Source of the DNA: Macrostomum lignano
Taxonomy: Eukaryota
NCBI GenBank assembly: GCA_002269645.1
Contig: NIVC01001710.1
Coordinates: forward strand, 124,001 to 188,000
DNA: 64,000 nucleotides
Direction: 5' to 3'
In this document: one piece after another, positions 18,144 through 31,200 of the stretch
Layout of the letters: each line of letters opens with the position of its first letter
Position numbering within the stretch: the first letter of the stretch is position 1
Made by a program: the position numbers and the translations under genes
Notes under the pieces: generated by a model
What the model was told of the DNA's origin: nothing
What the model saw: only the letters and a program-made list of their open reading frames with translations
The model's database searches: none

Positions 18144-18975
18144 CAGTCTTGGGCAAGTTACTCAAAAAAGTAACTTGCATTACTGTAACTTAAGTTACCA
18201 ATTTTTTAAAAGTAACTTACGTTAGCCTAGTAACTTTAGACAAAAACCTGGTAACTTTTAAGTTACTGGCCATTACTCACTTCCGTTACCCATGTTATTA
18301 ACTAAATTTTCTGCTTTTTTCACATTGCACATTTTTTCACATTGTTGTTACCGAAATTTGCCATTGGGATTAATGGATTAACAGCCAGAGACAGGAATTG
18401 GCGTCACAATGTGAGGCAAGTAGAAGGACCAATGGGCAATGGCAATCAATAATTAAAATTATAAATGATAAAATAAACAAATATCAATAATTCAATAGAG
18501 TAAAATAAATAGAACTGTATAAAATGGTGTAGTGTACTGCAGTGCCAGTGGAGGGACTTGTGGAGGCTACAGATGAATTTCTTTCTTTGGTTGTTTGTTT
18601 GAATCAAATTTGAAAATTTTTAGTAACGAAAATGAAAGGCGAAAATATTTTACCGAAATTAACAAGGTAAAACATGTTTCAAGTATTTCTTCATTAATTA
18701 AGCGCAATACCATATGATACTATTCACTTAATTTTGAATTTAGGAATGAAAAATGCAAAAACATGTGACAACCGGCGTACTAGCTAAGCATTTGAGTTTT
18801 AAATTTAAATATTGTGATTGTTGCTAAGTAACTGTAATGGACTTCTGAAATTTCAATAACTTACTGTTACTCCGTTACTAAAATAAAAAAGTAACTTCCG
18901 TAAGGAACACTTTTACGAAAAAGTAACTTGCGTTACCATTTGCAAGTTACTCGATAATGGAAGTGCCCAACACTG
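18144..18975. mobile_element. Non-autonomous hAT-type MITE (832 bp)
   Basis: 12-bp TIRs CAGTCTTGGGCA / TGCCCAACACTG (1 mismatch); 8-bp flanking repeat AAATCTGC / AAATCAGC (7/8); many subterminal GTAAC/GTTAC motifs at both ends; no ORF. Confidence 0.8.
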
Positions 18976-21615
18976 AAATCAGCCATGGGCTATGGGCTAT
19001 ATAGCCCATAATATATATGTCCAAATTACTACTCTATACTTTTTATCTGCCAATGTTCAGGAAATGAGTTGGTTCACTATACCAACTGTGCTCTTTTGCT
19101 TTCTGCGCAAAGCAGCAATTTGTTTGCGACTACTGTTTTTTCTCTTTACCTATTTCTGTCTGGGCACATTCGGAAACTTATTGCTTAGCCCTCATATAGT
19201 CAGATGTAGGTCTATCTTTAAGTGAAGTATATAATGACTCAAAGAATGTACACCAATATATACATAGGATATATGTATATATTCAAGTGTACAAGTGTAC
19301 ATATACAAGTTAGTTTGCCAGACATATACAGCACAGTATGTAGAGAGTGTAGCTTACAGGGTATAAGCTAGAGTGCAGTTTAGTACTGCAGTCTGCAATG
19401 CTATATAAGTGAATAAATGAATGATAAATTGGCAATCTTCTAGTTTGTTTGGTGATATTATTTTTGAGTTTGAAATGGTATGTCAATATAATGAAACAGC
19501 AGAAAACAATACCTACAGCTAAAAGGGATACAAAATAGAATCTGATAAGTAACAGTAATAGTTAAGGGGCAGAAAATAGAGTTACAGATAATAATGCGCT
19601 ACCCAATATAGCATAGTGCCAAATGCTGCACCAGGGTATAGGCAATGCAACAGAAACTCTTCAAGATGCAGTTCAAACAGGGCATCAGATGTACTATGCA
19701 TATTGTTAGTTTCTGGGTTGTTAGGTTCAACAGTTCTACCATAGGCCATATCTTGTTTGGTGGCACAATAAACTTGGTACTGCTGGTTGACCAGCCATGT
19801 TAAAGAAATTTGTGTGAATATGAGAGTGAGAGTCTAAGTGAAGTCAATGAAATTAGAATGTCTTTAATAATGCTATTTTGCATCCTTTTTGGCCATAGAC
19901 TGTTACTGTCACTGTTACTTGTCAGATTCTATTTTGCACCCCTTTTGGCCATAGTCCATAGACATCATTTTCTAGCATGTCATTACGTTGTAGCACCAAT
20001 TCAAACTTGAAAATAATATTGCAAAAGAAACTGGAAGATCGCCGATAAATCAATTGGTAAAGACAAGAGAGTGAGAGCAAGAGAAAGGGAAAAGAAATGA
20101 GATACTTCCATTTTTTTAATAAGCATGCTACCCCTCCCTAGTCCTTCAGTGTGGTGGTGCATAGGTAAGTTGTAAATCTGGACAAAAGTAAGTCATACTA
20201 GATGGGTAAAATTTTGAGGTTGGGCATGTATGAGTAGCATTTTAGGTCAAAAAGTAAGTCACATAGTCAGTGTAAATCAGGGGAATTGTGTATGCATATG
20301 TGCCAGTATCTATATTTCAGGTTACACAATAGGTATGCAAAAAATTAGGACTTATATACTTATGTTATAATATTAATAGTATTCAAATTAGGCCCTAGAA
20401 AAAAACATCAAAATTAGGCCTAACCAAATTTATATGAACAATTTAGACAAAAATAATTATTAAAAAGCTAAATATAATCTAATATTATATATATATGCTT
20501 ATATATCATGTAATCATTATTGTGACTAAAAAAATCTAATGGCCAAACTAATTAGTGGGTATAATAGTCACTATAGATGAAATACTTTGGGACAAAACAT
20601 CTATGGTCAGAAAGGATTTAGGATAAAACAACTAGGCCTTAGAATTCATATTTTTTAATATAGATAAAGACAGACAGACAGACAGAGTTTTGATTTTTAT
20701 AGGTAGAGATTAACATTTATATCTAGTATAGATTAGATTCCCCCCCCCTCAAAAATGTTCTGGATCTGAGCCAGGCCTAAAATACTAGCAGAGATTGTTC
20801 ATAATTCATAAAGGGCCTAGGCTTAGGCCTATTGGCCTAACCTAAGCATTGAAAAAAATACTGCAGATCTTAATTATCCATACGAGTTATAGGCCTAGAC
20901 TAGGCTACACGCTAGTCTTAGATCCTACCGCCTAACCGAGGTAGCGAGCGATGGTGTGAGACTGAGAAATTTTAGTCAATTGCCATTGATCGTGAGCGAC
21001 GAGCGTCTACCTACTAACGTCTTATTGAGGACGACGACGCGCGGGTTAAGATTATGATTATGGTTTAGAGTAAAAATGGAAGTTCAGAATGAATGATAAA
21101 CAACCAATTTTTTTAAGTTAGCAATAACACACATTACAATTTTAATTTTTTTGAAAGTTAAATAATATTGTTTTATTTGTTATATTAATAATAAAAACTA
21201 TTTTAAATCTGCTAACTATAACTTCATTCAGCCTCGGGAATGACCCCCCAAATTTAAGTCCAGCCTTAAGCTTATTTTCTGTGGCTTAATAATGCATTTA
21301 GACTATGCTATAAAAAATTACAAAATTAGAGGAGACTGCGATCGATCATTAATTTGTGTAGCTACCAAAATAAATTGCTCATATTACAAGAATTTTTACG
21401 GATTGCCAGGATCGGATATGTAATGTAATGAAAAAACTGTCTTACATGTATCGTCGGGTCGCCTGCCAGGTTTACATGTAGCTGAATGGGTCATGGAGGC
21501 GACGTCTCCCCGCTAATCTGAACCGAGGAGATTTATACGGGCCGCGTAGTAGCCTGCAACTACGCGGTCCTGTCAACGGTCAGAGTAGAGTAGTCGATCT
21601 TCTGGCAACTAGTAG

Positions 21616-22260
21616 CTTGTCAACGGGAGAAAAACCGAAATGATGCACATCGGCACCAGCACCGCGCCCGAGCTGAGCCTGCCGAGCGGCGAAGCGATCT
21701 CAACCTGCCAATGCAAGACTTCCGCTACCTGGGCGCGCTGATCTTGAATCCTGAAGATATCATCATGGACCGGAAAGCACAAGCCTGGCGTGCTGCAGTC
21801 AAGATCAGCCCTATCTTCAGCTCCGCAGCGCCCGACGCCCTCAAGATCAAGTTGTTCCGCGCCACAGTCGAACCGATCCTGCTCTACGGACTGGAAGCCG
21901 TACCGGTGACTACCACCCGGGAAAACGCGCTAAAAGGCATCTACCGGGCGCTTCTCCGCTACAAACTCGACATCCGATTCCCCGAGACCATCTCGAACCG
22001 CGATCTCGACCGGCGCACCGGCCCTCCACCTCTCAGCGTTATCCTGCGGCGGCGAAAAACCCTCGCCGGCCACGTTTCACCCACCGCGAGAACGGCTTCG
22101 ACGCGGCCAAGGCCGTGCTGCCACGCTGATCCAGACTCTGACTGACGACCTCAGCGACCTTGACCTGACCCCGAGTGACACTGCTGATCTCTGCCCCTCT
22201 GAGCTGTTTCGCGAACGCGTGCGCGGATTCTGTAACCCAAATTCTATTCCTCTATTCTAT
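21616..22260 (+). mobile_element. 5'-truncated RTE/RTEX-like non-LTR retrotransposon (RT C-terminus and 3' tail)
   Basis: VNGRKTEMM / frameshift / DFRYLGALI...RKAQAWRA...KIKLFRATVEPILLYGLE...LAGHV; ends in a short-repeat tail ATTCTATTCCTCTATTCTAT. Confidence 0.85.
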
Positions 22261-24250
22261 AGTAGCCTGCAGCAAAGTCAACCATCTGTATACTTGGTAT
22301 ACATGTAAGTGTCTTGAACTAAATTTGTGACCGAGATGACAATTATAGGGCTTCCGTGCTACTTTCACCGATCTGAGGCACGTACTATTTTCATAGATTC
22401 TGTATGTTTGAAAAGCTATATTTCCTACATGTATTTCATTTACTCGGAACTCGATTACTCGCCGACCAGGACTCGTACAGTATCGTCGTTTAAAATCATT
22501 CAAAATTAATATGTATTTTTTGATATCCTCTATATCAATTCTGATACTGTACCTATGTAAAAGGCAATTGCAGAATGCTTCATATACGATAGCTTGAGGA
22601 AATATCACATTGAAAAGTTTTAAAATGTTACTTGAGAGAGTACATAATTAATGTATAAAAACGTGTAAAAGTTCTTCGCCAAGTCGAACAGCTCTTTGAG
22701 CCTTTATAGTTTACGAAGGCGTCCACGAGTAAATGTACGTTCAAGGACCACTATGACGATACGTACGTTACGAGTAAACTCCTAGTAAAAGTTGCGTTAG
22801 GGTCTTTTATAAATTTCAATTTTATCAACTGAACACAACATCTTTGTCCATCTTTTGTCGCCTGTTGCTAGCCTCGCTACGATTCTGCAGATTCGCGATC
22901 AGCTGACCAGTCTGGCTACCGACCTTGTTGCCATAGTTACCAGCCTCCGTGCTGGGCACCGTGACTGCACACCTGTCAGAGGTGTCCAGTAGACTTCGTT
23001 CAGTTCCCCCTTCGGAGCCATGCTTAGCTGCCGTCTTTGGTTGGCCCTGAAATTGAGGCAAACTTCTAAAACTGTACCAGATACAAGCATGTACATGCGC
23101 CGAAATACATATGCCATGTACGCGCTGTAGAGCTAACACTTACGCGTTGATCGTAGTTGGCTAGAAATCCCCACTGCTCATCTCTACAAAAAGGAATGCA
23201 TGAATTTTCATCATTGATTAATTTATGCATGCTAGTACATATGGCGTGCGCACAGCTAGCAGGCCCCAAAGCCCCCAAAGGGTAACCAAGCTCGACAAAT
23301 GACAGGAGCTCAACTTTTGGGCCTCTTGGGCGCGGCATCTACCGGCCGAAGGCAAGGGTAGGGAGGCACTCACCAAGAGTCATAGGCGCCCACCATGATA
23401 CCAAATGTTCGCGTCCCTAAAGCATGCTAAACTAAAGTATGCTAAAATTTTCGAATCGAACTCGCCTCTGCCGATCAAGACGCGCCTCGCGTATCAAATT
23501 TTGGCGCCAAATTTCGTCGCGCAATGCCGGATCAATCGCCATGGAAACTGCGACGCGAGATGACCAACTCGCAACTTGAGTCTTTATAAGATTGAGTCTA
23601 GACAATGCTCCGCGGTAGTTACTGCAGTGGGAGGGCAACATGCAACTGCTTACTAGTTTTACAGTGAAGTCTGGTCGAACTAGAGGAGTGCAGCAACCAA
23701 ACAGCTTTCTCTTAGCTACCGACTCCGCATCCAGTCGCATTGAAGCCACAACTGCTGTACAGGTACCCCATCGGGGGGGGGGGGAGGATCAGGCGAATCC
23801 CAACAACAGCTCTTAAAGCTATAACGCTTCTTCCCCTCTGCCCAAAAGCAGATGTATTTAGCAGCGGAGAAGTCGCGCAGACAGCCTATTGTTCTCAAAC
23901 GGAATGGATCGATATAGTCGCCTGCTCTCATCTCTAACCGCTGTCTGTCTGCATCTCTCTTACCCTCTCGTCTATCTCTCATCCCCCGAAAATGGTTTTT
24001 TTCCTATGCGACACTTAATTAAATTGGAAATGGCATTTTTCATTTGGAATTTTTTTCATTACCCCGCGGTTGGTGCGGGACTAGCTTGTAGACTGATGGA
24101 GTAAGGAGTGGGTGCAGTACCGCTGTATGGGGCCAACTATGCAATTGGGAATTATATTGCCTAATCATGGGGATTTTAGTAATTATTTTATTATATGTTT
24201 AGCCAAAAAACATCTTCATTAGACTTCCATACGGAACCTTCTCATGGATA

Positions 24251-24820
24251 ACTATAATCGACTTGGCAACCTTCCAGTCTACAATCATCCAATCGGCAAC
24301 CTTCCAGTCTACAATCATCCAATCGGCAACCTTCCAGTCTACAATCCTCAACTCGGCAACCTTCCAGTCTATAGTCATCCAATCGGCAACCTTCCAGTCT
24401 CCAGTCCTCCACTCGGCAACCTTCCAGTCTATAGTCATCCAATCGGCAACCTTACAATCTACAATCATCCAATCGGCAACCTTCCAGTTTACAATCATCC
24501 AATCGGCAACCTTCCAGTCTACAATCATCCACTCAGCAACCTTCCAATCTACAATCATCCAATCGGCAACCTTCCAGTCTACAATTATCCACTCGGCAAC
24601 CTTCCACTCTACAATCATCCACTCGGCAACCTTCCAGTCTACAGTCATCAACTCGGCAACCTTCCAGTCTACAATCATCCACTCGGCAACCTTCCACTCT
24701 ACAATCATCCACTCGGCAACCTTCCAGTCTACAGTCATCAACTCGGCAACCTTCCAGTCTACAATCATCCAATTGGCAACCTTCCTGTCTACAGTCATCA
24801 ACTCGGCAACCTTCCAGTAG
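24251..24820. repeat. 30-bp minisatellite, ~19 copies
   Basis: Unit GGCAACCTTCCAGTCTACAATCATCCAATC. Confidence 0.97.
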
Positions 24821-25298
24821 ACGAAAATATTCATCCAGAAACCAATCCACTTTCCAGCATGTACCAGGGTACCGTCCCCATCCAAAAGATAAAAAAGAGC
24901 TCAGCCCCTGCCTGAGCAATATTCGACATAGTATAAGCATTCCGTCAGTTCAAGGCAGGATGGAATCTAAAAAATAAAAAAGTTGAGCTCACGCGGACAA
25001 TAATTTCTAGATAAGCAATGATGTACACTCCTACCAGCATTGGTTTAGCAATATTCTCTATCTAGGAATGTTAAATTGCCTGCAGGAAAAATTGAAAGTC
25101 TCAGAGCCAACTACTGCTGACTTTGTACGCTTTTTGTTTTAAAAATAAAATTCTTATCAATTAAAAAGTGTTGTTGCTCAAGCTTGCAACACACTTGAGA
25201 ACATTTATTATCTTTAGTAGCTGCAGATATTTGAGACCATTGGTCTGTCTGAAAATATCATGCTGCACCTGTCAGTTTGAAGTCTTCTGCTATTTCTG

Positions 25299-28200
25299 AT
25301 GAAGCTCATGAATTGTGAATTGATTTGGATTATTCTATCAGCGCTGCTGTGCTGCGGTCAGCTGGGATCATCCGGCATTGAATTGGGATCGGACGGCCGA
25401 TTCAGCGGTATTCGAGTGTCCATCGATTCTGGCGTACCTGTCAACAGGACTGCGTTAGGGAAGCTGAAGGTGAGTGAGGAATGCGATTATATGAAAATGA
25501 CCGATTTAGATAATTAGGTAAATAGTATACGAAGATTAATTAGTCTGTCTAAGTTTTGTTACCGAGGTGAGGTGGGTACGTGAGATGGGCTATGTGAGGT
25601 TAGGCTAGGTTGGGTAGTGTATGTGTGATGGACTAATGGTGGTGGTGGGGTGTCCCGAAGTTGGGTGGTCTGAAGGTGCGGTGAGCTGAAGGTGCTGTGA
25701 GCTGAAGGTGCGGTGAGCTGAAGTTGGATGGTCTGAAGGTGCGGTGAGCTGAAGGTGCGGTGAGCTGAAGGTGCGGTGAGCTGAAGGTGCTGTGAGCTGA
25801 AGGTGCTGTGAGCTGAAGGTGCGGTGAGCTGAAGGTGCTGTGAGATGAAGGTGCGGTGAGCTGAAGGTGCGGTGAGCTGAAGGTGCTGTGAGATGAAGGT
25901 GCGGTGAGCTGAAGGTGCGGTGAGCTGAAGGTGCGGTGAGATGAAGGTGCGGTGGTCTGAAGGTGCGGTGAGCTGAAGGTGCTGTGAGCTGAAGGTGCGG
26001 TGAGCTGAAGGTGCTGTGAGCTGAAGGTGCGGTGAGCTGAAGGTGCGGTGAGCTGAAGGTGCGGTGAGCTGAAGGTGCGGTGAGCTGAAGTTGGATGGTC
26101 TGAAGGTGCGGTGAGCTGAAGGTGCGGTGAGCTGAAGGTGCGGTGAGCTGAAGGTGCTGTGAGCTGAAGGTGCGGTGAGCTGAAGGTGCGGTGAGCTGAA
26201 GGTGCAGTGAGCTGAAGGTGCGGTGAGCTGAAGGTGCAGTGAGCTGAAGGTGCGGTGAGCTGAAGGTGCGGTGAGCTGAAGGTGCGGTGAGCTGAAGGTG
26301 CGGTGAGCTGAAGTTGCTGTGAGCTGAAGGTGCGGTAAGCTGAAGTTGGATGGTCTGAAGGTGCAGTGAGCTGAAGGTGCGGTAAGCTGAAGTTGGATGG
26401 TCTGAAGGTGCTGTGAGCTGAAGGTGCAGTGAGCTGAAGGTGCGGTGAGCTGAAGGTGCGGTGAGCTGAAGGTGCGGTGAGCTGAAGGTGCTGTGAGCTG
26501 AAGGTGCGGTGAGCTGAAGGTGCGGTGAGCTGAAGGTGCAGTGAGCTGAAGGTGCGGTGAGCTGAAGGTGCAGTGAGCTGAAGGTGCGGTGAGCTGAAGG
26601 TGCGGTGAGCTGAAGGTGCGGTGAGCTGAAGGTGCGGTGAGCTGAAGTTGCTGTGAGCTGAAGGTGCGGTAAGCTGAAGTTGGATGGTCTGAAGGTGCTG
26701 TGAGCTGAAGGTGCAGTGAGCTGAAGGTGCAGTGAGCTGAAGGTGCAGTGAGCTGAAGGTGCAGTGAGCTGAAGGTGCGACGGGCTGTGCACTGAATAAC
26801 AGAATCCCAATAAAAATTGTTCCAGGCAGCATTTCAGCTGGCTTCGGAACTCTTGGCCGTGGCCACGAAGCCCGTAATGAACGGCAGGAAGTCTTACGCG
26901 TTCGGCTCGGTGAAATTTCTGCTTCCGGACAGCTGGAGCAGCGCCGGATTGCCGAGTCGCTTTGGAACCAGTGGCAGGCAGGACGAGTTGGCGCACTTCC
27001 GGGTGCACAACGCACAGGATGGGAGCCAGGAGCCGTGGACGCCTCAGCCGTTGGGCTGCGGGAGGCCCGGCCTGTTCACCCTGCTGCCCTGGCCGGCTGT
27101 GACTGCGCTGGACAAGGAGACTCGTGAGTGGCGAGACTTGCTCTCGATCTCGTACACCTCAATCGAATCTCAGGACTCAGTCTCATCTTTGAGCTGTCAA
27201 TCTCACCTTAGGACTCGATCTCACGTTAGGACTCGATCTCTCACTTTAAGAACTCAATCTCACCTTAGGACTCGATCTCACCTTAGGACTCAATCTCACC
27301 TTAGGACTCGATCTCACCTTAGGACTCAATCTCACCTTAGGACTCGATCTCTCACCTTAAGGACTCCATCTCACCTTAGGACCCAGTCTTACCTTAGGAC
27401 TCCAAGTCTCATCTTTGAGCTCTCAATCTCACCTTAGGACTCCATCGCACCGTAGGACTCAATCTCACCTTCGGACTCGATCTCCCCTCAGGACTCAATC
27501 TCACCTTAGGACTCGATCTCCCCTCAGGACTCAATCTCACCTTAGGACTCGATCTCACCTTAGGACTCAATCTCACCTTAGGACTCGATCTCACCTTAGG
27601 ACTCAATCTCACCTTAGGACTCGATCTCTCACCTTAAGGACTCCATCTCACCTTAGGACCCAGTCTTACCTTAGGACTCCAAGTCTCATCTTTGAGCTCT
27701 CAATCTCACCTTAGGACTCCATCGCACCGTAGGACTCAATCTCACCTTCGGACTCGATCTCCCCTCAGGACTCAATCTCACCTTAGGACTCGATCTCACC
27801 TTGGGACTCAATTTCTGAGTGTCTGCCACAGCGAGCTACAGGGAAGCGGGTTTTCTTTTGTTTCAGTCAGCCGCGTCATCCTGCGCGAGTTCAGCCGGCT
27901 CCGCTGGGGCGCATTCGCCGAGTTCAACGGGCACGCCGGGCCGCACGGCTACGTGAGCGGCAACCGGCTTCACCCGGTGCGCTGCTCGGCCGCCCTGAGC
28001 GGCATATTCGCTCACAACGAGACCTACGGCAGGTGCAAAATCGACCGGGAGACGCTGACTTTGGAGCCTAACTGTAGATTCTTTCTATACCCCGATCAGC
28101 CCACAGCCGAGGCGTCGCTTATGTACACCGTCTACATTGGCGCGGTGCGGCACTTCTGCGCCAGCGTCAGCCAAAGCGGCCTGGCGCACAACCCGGACGC

Positions 28201-31200
28201 GCCGAACCCGCACTACCGGCACTGCCCGGCCGGAGCCAGCGTGCGAGACGTGCTAGCGGGCCACGAAGACTTCCGGTTCGGGCCGGAGATAACTGACCCC
28301 GACACGAAGATCAACTTTACGGAGGTGACGCCGATAATCGATCGTCGACTTGTCGTAGTCATGGACGTGTCGCGGAGCATGCGGGTAAAATTGCTGGGAA
28401 AAGGCCTTTTTAAGCACGCTCGTACTTATACATGAGGGTTGCAGGTTGCAGGCACCCTGGCCTAGCGCAACTCCTTCGACGACACTGTCCCATTAAAATG
28501 TTGAGGCAATTCTGCCCATTCCGCTGGCTCCTGAGCACACACAAGCGCGCCAATGCTGTATGCGGCACAGCACTCATGCACACGCTAACACACTCTTTGT
28601 GCCTTGTGGGTTGGTCCTCATGGGTGTGAATCGGCCAATTTTAGACAATTGCTTTTGGCCATAACGTATTGCCATTTGAAAGTGGCAAAGGCTCTTCTAT
28701 TCATCCAAATGCTACGGGCTGCACAATATTGCATAGAATTGTTCAGTCATTCTATCTTTAATGCGTACTTGCCGTACTTAGAAGTGAAATCGCTTACTAA
28801 TTAGTAGAAATCAAGGATTTGAATTGAATACCTTGTCGTTCATGCAGAACTCGCGGCTCTTAAAACAAAGAAGAGCAGCTGAACCAGAAGAACCAGCAAA
28901 AGTGCCCAATCTACTAAAATGCGACTCACCAAAGATCTCCCAAGGTCTATCCAGCTGAGGATGAATGCTACTGAATGGATCCTGGGAACCAGTACATCAA
29001 AATCAGACCCTCATATCGGTTACTTTCACTTCAGGGCCAACCGTTGGACAAGATGAAGCAGTCGATGCAGAACCTGTTGAGCCAGCAGCTGGCAGACGAT
29101 GTGCAATGCGCCCTGATCTCATACTCCACGTCTGTGCACATCCTGGCACCGCTCAGGCAGCTCAACAGCTCGGAGGCTCGGCAAGCTCATTGGGGGCTGG
29201 TGAGGAGTCTGACTGCAAGCGGCGTCACCGCCACAGGCGATGCGATGGCAGCTGCCCTGGAGGTAAAAACATTACAATAGCATTGACGACGGGCCTGCAG
29301 CTCTTGCTGAGATTTACTCGTATGATCATGCGTGACTCGATTTTTCGATTTAATGCTAGACGAATTTCATTTTTTATTTAAGTCCAGATTTTAAGGCGTA
29401 TTTACGATCCGTACTCCGAAATGCACGAAATTTAAATCGATTTTATAAAGGCAGTTTCATCAACAACAACAACAACACAAGATACTGTCAAAATGTTTCA
29501 AGTGAAAAAAGATAGAACGGTCACAAAATATGTGCCGCTGCGCTGTCGACTGAATGCAGCCAGCAAGCAGTCGACGAAATGCCGAGTGTGCACCTGTCCT
29601 CGCCGGTAGGGTGCCTGCAGCGTCAGCAACAGCATCCCCTGCACCGGCTGCTGGCAGTACAACTCTGCGACCTGCTAGCTGGAGTCGCCGACGGTGCTTG
29701 GACGGACTAGACCGGCGGTACTTCACACTCGCAGCCAACCAAGTCTTATTGGCCTTCAAAACTTTCTCTCTAAGCCTCTTAGGATTCCTACTTAATTATA
29801 TTGAAGCTGTGATCTCCCCTTCATCTCCCACCGCAGCTGCTCGGCTGCAACCTGACTCAGCCGTCCCGTTCCAACACCGGCCAAGTCCTGCTGATCACCG
29901 ATGGCGAGGAGAACCACCAGCTGCGCTACAGCCTGAGCGACATCGTCCGGATCGCTGCTCAGACGTCCGTGACTGTGGACACTGTGGCCTTCGGCCGGCT
30001 GGCCGACACTCGTCTAGCCCGACTGTCCGCAACTACTGGAGGCACAGCGCACTTCTCCAGATTCATGGGCCCCGTTAACGATATGGTGGAGAGTCTCGGA
30101 CAGGTGGCCGGCCGAATGGCCGACAGTCCGGATGCCTGGGTCAACGTGAGTACTAGCCGCCAGTAGCAGAGATAGCCAGTAGCCAGTGGCCAGTAGCCAG
30201 TAGCCAGTGGCCAGTATCCAGTAGCCAGTGGCCAGTATCCAGTAGCCAGTGGCCAGTAGCCAGTAGCCAGTGGCCAGTAGCCAGTAGCCAGTAGCCAGTG
30301 GCCAGTGGCCAGTAGCCAGTAGCCAGTAGCCAGTAGCCAGTAACCAGTAGCCAGTAGCCAGTAGCCAGTAGCCAGTAGCCAGTGGCCAGTAGCCAGTAGC
30401 CAGTAGCCAGTAGCCAGTGGCCAGTAACCAGTAGCCAGTAGCCATGCAGTGGCCAGTAACCAGTAGCCAGTAGCCATGCAGTGGCCAGTAACCAGTAGCC
30501 AGTAGCCAGTAGCCAGTAACCAGTAGCCAGTAGCCAGTGGCCAGTAGCCAGTAACCAGTAGCCAGTAGCCAGTAACCAGTAACCAGTAGCCAGTAGCCAG
30601 TCCCCAGTAGCCAGTAACCAGTAGCCAGTAGCCAGTGGCCAGTAGCAGCGATAGCCAGTGGCCAGTAGCTAGTAGCCAGTAGCCAGTAGCCAGTGGCCAG
30701 TAGCCAGTAGCCAGTAGCCAGTAGCCAGTAGCCAGTAGCCAGTGGCCAGTAGCCAGTAGCCAGTAGCCAGTAGCCAGTAGCCAGTAGCCAGTAGCCAGTA
30801 GCCAGTAGCCAGTAGCCAGTGGCCAGTCTGATTCCAGCCTTCACAATGCCCTTTCCACACAGCTGATTTCAAGCCAGCTCCGAAGCAGCCGCAACGCCAC
30901 ACCAGCGGCGCTCAGTTTTACAGTCGACTCTTCAGTGAGCGGCGCCGGTCTGCAGGCTTTCGTTATTGGCGCAGTCAGGCCGGCGCGGGTTCTGCTGCAC
31001 CTGGCGCCAGTTGGCGACGCCCTCGACGCTGCAGTCGAGGAGGATCTGCAAGGCGATGTGCAACTGGGCAGCGGGCTGCTGCGGCTGAAAGGAAGAATTC
31101 GGGTGAGGAGCGACTCACCGTGCTGCTCAGCTCACAGGCTAGTCTAGCAATCCATTCTGTTCCTAAATCTAAAGATAGCCTTAGACTCTAGAATTACCTG

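Noticed and set aside
19560-19720. Possible decayed CR1/L2 RT fragment (AYTLVQHL)
   Set aside because: Similarity is too short and degenerate to support.
22830-23750. Several 70-105-aa ORFs (e.g. DPALRDEIWRQNLIREARLDRQRR), possibly a transposon relic
   Set aside because: No recognisable catalytic or domain motif and no consistent exon chain.
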